From contig OZ287711.1 in assembly GCA_965649825.1 (NCBI GenBank), positions 169,201-233,200 on the forward strand: a stretch of DNA of 64,000 nt. The letters are read 5' to 3'. The DNA comes from Penicillus capitatus (lineage: Eukaryota; Plantae; Chlorophyta). A model generated the notes under the pieces. The model had not been told where the DNA came from. It made no database searches and saw only the letters and a program-made list of their open reading frames with translations. The first letter of the stretch is position 1; every line of letters starts with the position of its first letter. Position numbers and translations under genes: made by a program. Of the stretch, positions 1 through 12,255 are shown piece by piece.

Positions 1-137
1 ACGAAGGACGGACGTCCGCGGCGCTGACGAAGTCGACCGAGCGCAGTCGGGCACGTCCAGGTCACACCGGGCCTGACGGCGCTGGATAAAGCAATCGGAC
101 GTCCGGCATAGGGCGAACGACCGGTTCGCGCAGAAAT

Positions 138-620
138 GGACGCCATCTTCAAAGCTCCGTATGCCGTACTTTGATCGCTGCCTTCCTCGGCTGCTTGTCA
201 CGTCGGCCATCTGCAGCCAAAAATCAGGACGTCTTGGCGTCTGTTTCGCTGCACCAGCAGCACCTCCCTCAGGACGCGCCCATTCTCCGGAAAGAGTTCC
301 TCGACTGGAGAATCTGCTGGAGAATCTATCCGAACAGAGAATGTGCGGGACGCAACGCAGTTACCGAGTCAGAGGACGACATCCAGGATACTATAAGAGT
401 GTTGCGGGCGAGAAGACCTGCGAGGAGACGATTGACTTGGCGTGAGTGTGCTTTCTTCGATTCTGTTGACAAGCCCCGCCGTATTTCATCTAGTCGATGG
501 CTCGCTTTGCCACACGTTACGTGTCCAAACGCCGACCTTTCTCTAGGGCGTAGAACTTCAAAAAGGGAACAACAACTTCTCAACAAAGAGGCCGAGTAAG
601 GGCTGCCATGCAAAGACATG
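138..620 (+). pseudogene. Possible degraded hAT-type transposase C-terminus (window edge)
   Basis: Frame reads LRKEFLDWRICW...DDIQDTIRVL...LALPHVTCPNA, loosely like the hAT dimerisation region (E..W...W ... LPVT...ERSFS). Frames are broken. Motif impression only. Confidence 0.3.
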
Positions 621-724
621 ATGTTCTACGACACATCCTTTTTCTCGCGATGGACTAATAATGCATACGCTAACGAAGCTCACGACGAGAAGTGCGCGAT
701 CGTATGTGTTCGCAGTTGAATCTC

Positions 725-1955
725 ATTTACAACGTCGTTTGATTTACCCAGTTTTTGCTTTCGTCTTCGACCGAGTGCAAAAAAAAGCGAGGCAAAAGGG
801 ACCGCTCGGTTCTGTGCTAGAAAGCGCAGGCAAGACGTGGCTCAGCCCCGTTGGTTGAATCTGAATGTTGCGAGAGAACTAGCAATGGAATGTGGCGTGC
901 CCACCGTATAATCCGCACCTCTTCGCACAACGTCGTCGATGAATTCGAAGCAGAAATACCAGTTACGCGCGCGAGATAATAAAGCATTTTGATACACGGG
1001 CTAGAGAGCTTTTTTGCAACTTAGACATTGCCATTCCACCCATTATGTCCTATCGCCGCTGTTCTTGATCGTCATCTCGGCCAGCCACATACCTCAACCC
1101 ATGTCTCATTCGAGCAACACATCTCAACAAAAACGCGTTAAATCACCAGATCTTGACCTCGAACCACGCGGACCCTCGACTCAGCTTCATCGCTACCCCG
1201 CCGCCGATCGCGACAAAGTTTCGATTGTCTAGTATGCGGGGGTAACGGACGAGAAGTTATTCTGTATTGTAGCGAAGGCTTGAAAGGGCTTCGTTTTTGG
1301 CATGCATCGGTATTATGGAGGTGATGGTTCTTCCGGATAAGAGGTATTTGGCAGACGTCTCTTCCACAAAATAAAACTCCGGGCTTTTTTGCTGATCCTT
1401 TTTGCTGTCCCGCCAAGCCTGTTTGTCTTGGGCGTGTTGCCTGCATTAACATAAGTTCGATCCATATAAATCGAACCGATTATATATAATGCCAATTTCT
1501 AAGTGTCAGACTAAATGAGCACAATGAAGGCATCCCGACCGTATAAGGGAAGTACATCAGAACCTCTAACACTATAAAAGAGGGATAATTGCGTTATTTA
1601 CGTCATTCTGTTTTAAGGTCTTTCGCTGATGCGCATGTTTGTTCATCAACAACGCGACACCAAGTTGCGTAAGTGCTTTCCGGCCTCTGCTCTCAACGAC
1701 CTTTTATCTCGCGCGCTTGAACTGTATTTCTTCTTCGGATTTGTCAAACGACGGTGTGCGAAGAGGTGTGAATTATACGGTGGGTACACCACACGCCACA
1801 TCTGGTTCTCTCATATCACTCAGATTCAACCAACCAGTAGACCTACGTCTCGCCTGCGCTTTCTAACACGGAACCGTTCGGTTCTTTGTTTGCTGGTCCT
1901 TGCACTCGATCGAAGGTGAAAGCAAAATTTGTATGGAACAAATGACATTACAATT
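725..1955. repeat. Diverged long inverted repeat (arms ~725-990 and ~1700-1955)
   Basis: The reverse complement of 1700-1930 aligns to 750-990 (e.g. TAGAAAGCGCAGGC, GTTGGTTGAATCTGA, CCCACCGTATAAT, CACCTCTTCGCACA); roughly 75% identity by eye. Confidence 0.8.
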
Positions 1956-2250
1956 CGGTTTCACATTGTCAAGCCGAGGAGCGAATGATTTGACTGATGG
2001 ACACACTGATGGATACCTGTTGATAAAAGACGCTAGATCTTGTCGATAACGCCCCTTTTTTAACAAGCACTGCAACCTCGGTTTTAATTCATCGTGATGG
2101 GATCGCAACATCTTACAGAGCAAAGGTGTACGCGGGTCCACGTTCATGTCTTTGTACGTCACAGGTGACATGACACGTCGTGTAAGCGGCCCTTCAAAGA
2201 CAGAAGAACCCTTGGACAACAAGACACGTCACGATGCGACGGCCCTGTCC
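1025..2250. repeat. Dispersed repeat family, copy 1 (segment A 1025-1218 + segment B 1203-2250)
   Basis: 1203-2250 matches 24906-25905 in direct orientation; 1025-1218 matches 24186-24370 in reverse orientation. Confidence 0.9.
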
Positions 2251-3139
2251 TTTTGACAGTTTTATATACTTGATATGTGTTATGCTAAAATTTTAACAAA
2301 TGATAGCGCTCCTTTGTTATTGTCGTAGGGGACAGCTGTTACCTTCGCTATCCTCTCCTTCGGACAGCTGTCCCCTTCCGGGTCACGTCCCTGTGAACAT
2401 ACTTAATGCTCGTCACCTGTTGAACTCTGCCTCTCTGTAATCTATCTGTGTTTGCCGCATCAACCTCGACGGTTATCTTGATAAAAAAGGACATGAGCCT
2501 CTTATCTATTCAACGCGCTATGACCCCTCCCGGCGTGGAACATTCATTGCCTCCTTGCTTTCACGCCGTTACAGACAACCCGTAATGTCCCTTCATGTTC
2601 CTTCCAGTTGAGAAAGGACGGACTTCACTCGATAAATCAGTATGCAACAGATGCAATTCTTAAAGCTTCAATCCAACGTCGCCGGCCTTTAGAAAGGAGG
2701 CTAGATTACATACACCCATCGCCCCAGGACAGATCTACGAAGTCATCGCGGTATCTCCTTACTGTTATCGCAATACACAAAGCGTCTCCTAAATCCAGGG
2801 CCTTAATAACATGGGCCCATTAAGTACATTGCCATTGTTACGACCTGTAAAAAGTCTGATTCTATTTTTCACTGCGCAACAGTTCCGGGACTGCAGAGAA
2901 AACGAGAATGTGATATATCATTGAATACACAGAGCGAACTCGCCTCGACTTGTGCTCTATGTTCTGAATTGTAGCTGGATCATTAAGTAACGGTGTATCA
3001 CGTTGACGAATCGCGTTTGAAGATGACTCGACTCGTTCTTGCAGCGTCATGCACTCCATACTGCCCGCTGAATGTACAAATGTCGCTGCACTGTCATCCT
3101 CCCGATCCTGTTAGTTTGACGTAGCAATCACATTACGTT

Positions 3140-3760
3140 GTGCACAGGCACAACAGACGGGATTCTGGAGGCATCTGGTCTGTCTTGTCAAAGGTCTCCG
3201 ACGTCCACTGGGCGGTGGCCAGAGGAAACGTCTTCGTCACTGTCACCTTGTTCTGATGAGCAAATGATTCGCGGTCAGGGCGTAGGCAATGCAATCTTTG
3301 CATGGAAGCGTCTTGCTGACATCATACTGGTTCTTCAAGTAACACTCCTTCGAGGACGCTTTGAACACCCAGGACTTGCACTCTGCAGTGGAAGATTGGC
3401 TGTCTGTTCTGTCTCGCTCTGCGGGAACTCACCGTTCACTTTAGCACACTCGTTGCAGCACTCGAAGGCAAAATCCACTTTGAGCGGCTGGCTGTGGATG
3501 TTGTGCTCTGCTGGTTGATCGTAACCACTAGATATGGTGCATATCTTCTTGGCAGTGCTCTCTGGCATCCACATGCAGACATCAGAAGCCCAGGACAGGT
3601 CCTTCTGCGCCATCGTGACGGTGGAACCAGTGGAGACATCCTCTTTGATGCTGCTGATTCTGCTACTGATCTCAATGTGTCTCGGCACGGGGAGACTACG
3701 ATTGAGTTCCGTCCAGTGAAGCAGCGTCCATGCTTGTGCTGGCTGCAAGATCTGGTCGTA
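3140..3760 (-). pseudogene. Orphan PAN/apple-repeat gene fragment
   Basis: KDLSWASDVCMWMPESTAKKICTISSGYDQPAEHNIHSQPLKVDFAFECCNECAKVN, then an intron, then CSKRP/WVFKASSKECYLKNQYD...PCKDCIAY matches the 46-54 kb units. A 1-nt frameshift follows CIAY; no start exon found. Confidence 0.75.
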
Positions 3761-4386
3761 CAGTCCTACGATCTATTGGACTTCATCTTGAACGATGGCC
3801 TCTCTCTTCAAGTCAGAATCTGAAATCACAAGCCAGCCATGAATGCACGTACTTGTCAAGCTGAAGGGGCAGACACGAATCGTGTTTTCATCATACATCC
3901 ATCCGTCTGTATCCATGATGACCCAGCCGTTCACTTTTTACACGTTCATATCACACTGTTAAACGCTCTGCTTCAGTTTTAGGTAAACATACCTCTTATA
4001 AGTATTCTTGATGATCACATCTATGCATGGTCTGCATTTCCTTTTCGAAGGTGGACATCGTTTGAACGCGAGGCAACGGCGGAGTTTTTCTCGTCGATTA
4101 TTTTACTTCTCCCTAGATCCTTAGACAGCTGTAAACAACGGCAGACGTTGCAAGTACATACGTATCAATGAGCTCTAGACGGATCGTCAATTAGCTCTGG
4201 CTGGTGTGCACGTTCCACGGTTTGCTCTTCTGCGGTTCAAATTGAGGAACCGTCCATGAAGGCAAAAATCGCCGCATTGAACGGTCTACGGCGCACAAGA
4301 CACAAGACATCATGCGCACTAGCACCGTCATCTATATATTAGTTGTGTTCACCGAGTAACGCTATTGTTTTGGCGAGCTGTTTGCT

Positions 4387-5831
4387 ATGAGGTTCTGCGC
4401 AGGGGTTATCTTCTTTTCGTTATGTCTTTCAGCAAATGTCGTTCACAGCAAACATGGTCACTATCCTACGGAGACAAAACTCTCATCCACCGGAAAGTGC
4501 GTTTACCGGTTTGAGACAGAAGGTTGTGAGGGTTTTTTGCGTTTTCTGCTTTCAGGCCACTCATTCACAGACCCCTAGGCAGCGCCTTTAGGACGATTCT
4601 CTATCTGGACGGAGGCGGACTGCGCGCCATTTTCTCGGCGACGATCCTTGTCGAAGTCGAACAGTCTATAAAAAGATACCTCGTCAGACATCCCCACTTG
4701 CTGCACCCTTTCAACCACATCCGCAGTGTCGACGACTTCGATATCAATCTCGCTGATTTCTTTGACTGCATGTCGGGTATCTCGGCTGGCGCTGGGACTG
4801 CTTTGTATCTTGCCTCGAGGGGAGGTCAGGGTATCGCACGTGCTGTGCTTGAAAGACCAGATATCGTGGCGAGGTATGGGATGATACCCGCCGGAGGCGC
4901 CGAAGCTCTTCGTTTATTCTTTATAGAATTCGGCAGCGCAATTTTTCCGACGGAATCTATCAATTTCACAGCAGGGACGCCGCTGGATGTCACAAATCCC
5001 AACGCGCCAGGTGTCCTGACGCCTCTGTACCCGCCAGACGGGTTAGAAAGCACCTTCGGAACTTTCTTCGGAAACACAACTTTGGAAGACTGTGACACCT
5101 CCGTCATCATTCCAGCCTATGACCTGATCAGATCAGAGGGTGTCTATTTTGTTCAGAACAAGTTCAGAGAACCGTCAGTGACGTCCGCGGCTCGATTGGT
5201 GGTGCGTTCTGGGCCGAGACCGCTTCCTGCCAGTAATGGACGCTTTACTCCAGATTTTACATTTGAAGAAGGTAAGAATTATTATCTCAGAGACATTGTC
5301 GTCGCCTCAAGTTCACTTCCTTCATTTTTTCCGGCAAAGAATGTATCCCAAGTTGGCAATGACACTGTGGAGTTCACTATGATCGATGGAATTAATCCAC
5401 TGGCAACATCAGAGTTACCGGCGAGCAGTTTTGTCGCCGCCGAGACTGGAGCTGCAGACATCGAAAGCAGTGCCTTGCTCTCGATCAGTAACGGAAGAGA
5501 CACTTCAAGTTTCCTTGAGCTGGCGAACGAAGGGGCGATTCGTTGGCTTGGCGAGAACGCGTGGCTGGTGCTGACCCAAAACAGTGGAATCGACGGATTG
5601 TCAGCTCTAACAGATTACATCTACTACTCGAATCCAAACGTCAAACCGAACCAGTATCTCAGAGTGCAAAGATTTGCCCCGATCACGTCGGAAGAGGGCA
5701 TGGCGCTTGCAAGATCCGATGACCCGACGATCGTGACCTTTGTCGAAGAAATCGCTAAGGGCGCTGCACAAGAGTATCGCGAATCCATTGATTCTTATGT
5801 CGAACAGTTCATTTTCGGCAAAGTTATTTGA
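4387..5831 (+). CDS. Secreted patatin-like phospholipase/lipid acyl hydrolase; join(4387..4496,4571..5831)
   Basis: N-terminal signal peptide; phase-2 GT-AG intron 4497-4570 restores RTILYLDGGGLRA (Gly-rich loop); GISAG (GxSxG nucleophile); IDGINP (catalytic Asp). Confidence 0.85.
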
Positions 5832-8236
5832 CATGTTTCGCATTATCACAATCTCTGCAGGGGCATTGTTTAAGAAGGTTACATCTCCTCCTCCGCATTC
5901 GTGCTTTACTACTCCATCGTTACCTTAAATGATGAGTAGAGTCTTTTCCAATCTGTTTCTAAGAAAGAGCGGACAAAGAAGTGTGCCTTTCGTTTGTGAC
6001 TTGTCTTGTTAAGTTGACCCGATCAACTGCATCAAGTATTTCACACACAGACGTTCAGATGTTAATACATGAGCGGTTAGTTTATCGGTAATCGGATCGC
6101 GATGGCGTTATCAGTGTCTCCGTCTGTTTGACGAATCAGGCGAGCTGTCCGTCCATCGACACAGATCGTCGCTTAAATGCGGTAGTCTCCTGTAAATCCC
6201 GGTTCTAAGCTATCTGTCCATTTCTTAAGGGAGAAAGGATGGAATAGCAAGAGTGCTTGTAACGACGACTTTCAAGACGGGCTTCAAAGTGACTAACGCG
6301 TAAGAATCCTACCAGTGTCAAAGATATCTGTCCATAGAATTGTAGTCATATGGGCAACTGTCAGATGTCTATTTGCCTACGGTACATTGTCCGAACAGGC
6401 TCTTCGAAACTGTGAGGTCATTCTTATTCACTCGGAATCCAATTTCTTTGAAGATCTTGACAAAAAAGCAGGCGCCAAGGCCCCGTTTCCTAGAGACTCA
6501 TCCGTTACTCACTTTTTGCCTGTTCACGGACGGTCTCGTGCAGAAACATGGGGGTTCGTGTGTGAATGAGTTTAAACGCCCACCACTACTGTCATTTGGA
6601 GCCAGGTACAAGAGAGAATCAGTAATCCAAGAGTCGGAAGTTTGGGACAGATGAAAGAAGCCATAGAACAGGGAAGTTTAAGAGATGCAGTTTATCGATC
6701 GGACTGAAAACATTGGGCTCTACTGATAACGGAGAAATGGAACGATAGTGTTCAGCGTCTAGCTTGTGTATTGTGAAGAGACGTTGCCTCATCTTCTGTG
6801 CCTACGAATTAAAGACCTCTCGAATCGAAGATCCGCTAACGGTATTCTTTCTGTATTTCTTCTCACACAGAAGCTATTTCCGGCTTCGTGGAGTCAATCG
6901 CTTCCCACAGACGCTCCGCGAGCCAAGAGTGGGGTCGCTGAACGGGATATTTGCCATGTTATTTGAACCTTAAATGCACCGTCGCTCCCCTGATGTTCAC
7001 AAAAGGACATGTAAAAGTCTTCAAACCGAAAAACGTCTGTGTTGGGATCGATGTAAACCACGTTGGAAAACACGAGAATCAAAGCGACGAGTGACGACGA
7101 GGACATACTCGAATGAAGCACCAAGAAGTCGAGATAATTACACAAGGAATAGCGTGTTTAAATACCTATGGCGATTAGGTGTCGTTCAACCTCCATGCCT
7201 ATCAGCTGGAAACTTCGAGCAACGTTTAGAAAACAACACCCGGTGGTTAGTCGAAAGTCAGGCTGACACCGATTGCGACCGAAGGTCAGCGCGCCAAGAT
7301 GGTTTGTTACTTACAGACCCGACCGTTCTTGATGGCTACGAACGGCGGAGGTTTAGCAGCTACAGGTCCAGCCGTTGACAGTGAACAGCTGTCCACCTTC
7401 GTGCAGCTGCCACGGAGACGCGTTGATGTGACACTTGACGCGTATAAAATCCAAACGCTGATTGCTACAACAGTCTTTGTAACCAATACGCCTTCGGCGT
7501 TATCGCGTTTCAGCGACAAACACGACACCGTCTGCACCTCCCTACTATTTTGTCGACATGACGTGACGTGTCTGGCGTAAAACGCTGGTTGCCCCATGTT
7601 GGATACGTAGCGTCCTATCCGTCGTTCGTGGCCGTCGGAAGCGGTTCGCTGTCATGGTAACCACCTCGGCGCGCTGACCATCGGCTGCGACGGGTGCTAG
7701 CCTCCGAGCTAACTTCCTCATAACAATAGGGCGGTGGTTGTCGAACAAGCCCTGAAGTTCTCGACTATTAGATAGTATGGTTAGGAAACTCACAACCACC
7801 GTGGGTACTTAAGGGTGGCATTCCTGTTGTAATTAATCTCGAGTTCCCGTGCTATCGTTCGAGCGTTCGTTTTGCGTCGTCGTCGCGTGCCTGTTCGACT
7901 CTGTGTTATCGAAGTTGTTACATCGATCCTAATACCCCACTATTTCACGTCCCGTCAAACACCTCACAAATCATGTTGTCGGGAATCGTGAAAACAATAG
8001 ACAACTGTTGCTCTTACAAGAACGTATCAAAAAATCACATAACCAGTTCACAGTCTCTTTCACTATCGCCCGCGGACTGTCACATCCGTTCACATCATCG
8101 AGCAAACGCCAACACGCTTCCCTGCCTAACTCCGAAGAGTTTTTTGCAAATGGTCGACATGCACCACCAGTCTTGACTTCCTTCCTCCTAATCGAAACTC
8201 GTCATCCGATGGCTTCAATCGCCAAAGGGTACGGGT

Positions 8237-8518
8237 TGTGACGGTGTGCCCGTCATCGCCTCGGGTCTTCTGGCAAAGGGACACTGCCGTCGCGGCAACC
8301 GTCCCTGTGGCGACACGCTAGCGGAGGGTCATTGGAATGTGCGTGACGAGAGGCATGAGAAGACACTTACGTGATGATGTGACGTACCTTTCTCTGGGGT
8401 ACTTAAGCGAGAACTGAGACGCTGTATCCGTCTAGCTATGTAATTACTACATTGCCGACGGAGTTCCCTGCGCGACTCGCCATCCGGTTCGGACTCGGCC
8501 GAGAGGTCGACGTTCACA
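8237..8518. mobile_element. Solo LTR (282 bp) inserted into the integrase C-terminus of element A
   Basis: Starts TGTGA, ends TCACA; 5-bp TSD CGGGT (8232-8236, 8519-8523). Removing it restores the frame ERITR|TLWRLKP. Confidence 0.85.
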
Positions 8519-9559
8519 CGGGTGATTCTTTCCGAGAGCACATAAGGCCCTTTCCAGAAAGGTGCCATCTTGTCTACTTTCTTCTGAGCTCTCACTGCAT
8601 CCCATAAGTAAACCTCGTCTCCAACTCGGAGATCTGCTGGTTGTACATACTTCCTTACGTTCGCTCTCCTTCTTCTCCTTGTCCCTCTCTCAATAGCCAA
8701 TTTCCATTCCTCTGGACCCTGACCCCACAATTGCTCTGATGCCCATCTCGTCGTCGAGTGTTGCATCGTGTTAATTTCTTTCGTGGCCACTTCCAGCCAG
8801 TCCGTCCATAAGCCTCCTCGTTCACATCGCCAGTTTCGTTGCACGCCCCTTGAACCTCGCTTGATCTCTTGGAAACTTGTTTTCCACTCAATTTTTGATT
8901 CCGTCACCATCATCGCTCGTAATTGAGGCGTGTCAGCATAAGTCCCTTCATCCGAAAACAACTAAGGAAACTTCTCAGCCCGGTCAGTGATCACCGATTG
9001 AAACTTGATTTATGAGTTCTTTCTCTATCGAAAAACGCAACTCAGGCCTTATCAAACATTTCACTCTCACTAAACAAGTTTTGTGACTAACAAATTTAGC
9101 GATTCTCTTGGCGTTATAAATCTGCAACCAGATAACCCCGTCGTCGGAAAATGGGTACGAAACCAGAACTTTTGGAATCTGACATCTAACTACAATCCCC
9201 AACACATGACCACACACCCTAAAAGGCATCACCACAGACACACAGTCGTTAGGCCCTATGATGACTGACTGATCTTCCGACTGGTAAAGAGACCCCATTT
9301 CCGACGGCACGCAACTTGAATCCGGGAATCTCCTTGGTCTGGGTGATCACGACAGTCAGTTTTTTGAGGTCGACGGAGAGCCCACTCCACCTAGGCCCTC
9401 GAGCAACTGACACGCCGGTGACTCCTCAAGCGTAGGCTGACAGGCCAACAAGTTGCCGTCATCATCTTGGACACCACGCCGCAACGGATCTATCTTCACT
9501 CCGAGTGCCGCAAGTCCCGGAAGTCCCAGTATCACCTTCGAGCAATCAGGGATAACGAA

Positions 9560-10397
9560 ACGAAACGCCCAGACCAGAGAGCTTCGGAAGAAAACCCAAG
9601 AGCTCAAAGCCCAGATCCGCTGTGATGAGCGCAGCTTTCAGTTCTGCCCAGTTAAGCTGAAGGGAGAGCGACCGTCCTTCCGCCAGCTCGGAATCAGTCT
9701 GGAGCGAAAGCTCCAAATCAAGAACCTGAAGGAACACGTTGAAGACATCCGCACCGATCACGGAGGCCGTTTCTACGTGCAAATCCGTGCCGAGTGGCGT
9801 GAGTCCTTCGAGAAGTCATTGGATCGCTGCTTGGAATGTTCAGGAGACGCCTGGGATCTCGAGCTGCCAGAGATCGGTACGTTCGCAGTGAACAACCCGT
9901 ACCTCTCGCCCACAAAAGACAAAGTCCCCGTCGTCATCAGCAACGTCGACACAGACATTGATCCAAAAGCAGCCATCACCGCCATTGCAGAACAGAACAC
10001 AACCCGCTGGAAGATACCGGCAACTGAACTCGAAGAATCGCACTTTGCCGCCCCACACCGCTTGAATCGCCGGAAGCGCGATGCCTCAGGACAGCCCCTT
10101 CCCGAATGGACACCGAGCAGAAACCTGAAAGTCTTCGTGTCGAAGACTCTCTTCGAGATACTGAAGGACCCCAAGTCGGCGTTCGCGACGCTGGACTACA
10201 TGGTTCTGCCAATCCGCTCATTTACACGGTCTCCCAGGGTCCCTCAAGGAATTCCCTGATCCACATCTCATTTCATGCATGCTTCTGATTTGGGTTCGCT
10301 CTGCTTTGTCTGAACATTGATTAAGCCCTCTCCTCTGATGTTTAACTTGAAAAGGGGATGTAAGAAGCACCAAATTTATTATTATAATTTATTTATT
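9560..10397 (+). mobile_element. 5'-truncated non-LTR retrocopy containing only LINE ORF1 sequence + 3' UTR + AT-rich tail
   Basis: 16-bp TSD AATCAGGGATAACGAA (9544-9559, 10398-10413). Removal rejoins the protease region FFVIPD|CSKVILGLPGL. ORF resembles LINE ORF1 (VVISNVDTDIDP...RLNRR...PIRSF). Tail TTTATTATTATAATTTATTTATT. Confidence 0.85.
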
Positions 10398-11517
10398 AAT
10401 CAGGGATAACGAAGAATCTCAAACTGGCCACCCATGGTCCGACTCTTACTCTCTGAGTGAGAGTCCCGACTACTTCTGAGTAAACCCCATTGAAACCAAA
10501 TAGGATCTTCTTTGCTTCTGGTTCTGCTGTTGACACAGGAACGCCCCACTTCTGCGCCTTTGCCATGGGGATGACATTCACTGCACTACCGGTATCCAAT
10601 AACACGGAACATGTCTGATTGTCATCCTTGACCTTGGCTGTAGCATACATTAACGGGTAATGATCCTCTTTTGTCGCTGCGGCCATCACGTCCACATTCA
10701 GCTCTTTGCCATTCCCAATCGACTTCTTTGGGCAATCTCGCGCCCAATGTCCAGTCTCTTTGCAAATAAAGCACTTCTGCTTCGTAGGACATTGGAACAG
10801 GGTATGACCCACACCTCCACAATTGGGGCACTTCACTTCAACACGCACAGCATTGCTTTCTTCTCCCATTTTTGCTCTGCGTAACTCTTCTTCCAACTTC
10901 TTTACTCGGCTATTACTCAAACACAACAAAAGTGCAGCCACCAAGTAATTTGCTGCCCTAATCATTGGAATCCAAAAAACCCATTGACGAACTTTTCTCC
11001 ACATCGTACCCGTCAACAGTAAGCAAACCACGGCAATGAGTGAATTCCACAAGAGGAAACAAAATACCACTCCCATGAGCGGTCCTTGCACCTCCACAGA
11101 ATTCACCAATGCACTAAGTTCAGATTCGAACTGGTCGAGCAATGTGATAGGCTTCACATGCATTATCAACGACTGCTTAGTCACGAAGTACACTACGTAA
11201 CCTCCACGAACGAGGATCTCCTATGCGCACTGAAGAAGAGTTTTGCATTGCTCGACAGGTTCTTCTTGAATCGCTACCCCTTGTGGACTCGCCCCCCGGA
11301 TAGGCGGAAAACGCCATTTAGTCATAGAGGACCATGCCCATTCCACCCACTGTCGGGCAATAGACTTCCGCGCAGCGCTATTAATCTTAAGTTCGTTCAG
11401 CGCGCGTTGCAGCTCTTCGACTTGCGCCCTCAACGCTATAACCGTATCCGGCTCGGAGTATCTCGTTTGACTGCGCGTTCTTGCCACACGGACCGGGATG
11501 ACCAAAACGAACAACAT
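10398..11517 (-). pseudogene. Element A gag-pro: signal-like N-terminus, coiled coil, hydrophobic helices, 2 zinc knuckles, aspartic protease
   Basis: ORFs 11221-11523 and 10396-11193 are in the same frame, separated by one TAG (11221-11223). MLFVLVIPVRVA; LRAQVEELQRALNEL; LMGVVFCFLLWNSLIAVVCLLLTG; CPNCGGVGHTLFQC, CFICKETGHWARDC; DTG motif. Confidence 0.85.
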
Positions 11518-12255
11518 GAACAACGAAAGGAACCAGCCTCGGGCTCCGAAACCATGTTGCTCTTACAAGAACGTACAAAAGAATCACATAACCTCAGTTC
11601 ACAGTCTCTTTCACTATCGCCCGCGGACTGTCACATCCGTTCACATCATCGAGCAAACGCCAACACAACTAAGAGTCCAGACTCAGCGCGAAGGACGACA
11701 ATAAAAGTACTCAGATTTAACACACAAACTCGAAATAAGTTACAGAAAACTGTCGCCCCTGAATGCTCACGGAGGTTGCGGGTTCCTTAACCTTACATCT
11801 AACTGTCACCGCGGAAGTGCCGCGCCAAACGATAACAGCGGAAGACTTGTTACAGTGTTCGGAGAAGGTGAGATAAGGTTCAAACTGTTCATTATATACT
11901 CGCACGGTGATGTAACCCTTCTAGAATGGTGAGTCAGCTCGTGTTCAGGGCCAGAGAAAGACGTCCCAAGACGCAGTTAACAAGACAGGCAGCACCCCCT
12001 CGCACGGCTGACCCCCACAGAACAAGGCAGTGTCACATCGCTCGGCGACAGTATCTTTCCTCATTCCACCAGCACACGGTGTGGTGTTAAGCCATAACGC
12101 TCCTAACAATGAGCTCGTCTGCTTACACTTATGTAAATCTTCAATCAACAAGGAGTAGTGTCATGATGGTGAAGGACAAGAGAGGGGTAGCCAAGCTGAT
12201 CGATGGGAATGACGTAAAGCATGACGAGATCTTGACGTCAGGATTCTTCGCATCG

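Larger units (their letters stand above)
8006..11665 (-). mobile_element. Ty3/Gypsy-like LTR retrotransposon A, internally deleted (most of RT, RNase H and IN core missing)
   Basis: LTRs 8006-8114 and 11555-11665 (TGTTG...CAACA, a few indels); 4-bp TSD CAAC; PBS TGGTTTCGGAGC (11543-11554); PPT GCAGGGAAGCG (8115-8125); 2 CCHC knuckles; protease LLDTGSAVNVI; IN C-terminus WKGPY...VVHVDHLQK. Confidence 0.92.

Noticed and set aside
1203-1231. Helitron 3' end (…TGTCTAG|T)
   Set aside because: No convincing GC-rich hairpin at the expected distance, and homology between copies continues ~1 kb past the CTAG.
2328-2375. 12-bp stem hairpin GGGGACAGCTGT...ACAGCTGTCCCC
   Set aside because: Isolated, with no associated gene end or element terminus; not enough to assign a function.
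7974-11797. Solo LTR hosting element A (TGTTGTC...ACA)
   Set aside because: No matching TSD for any TG...CA pairing tried.
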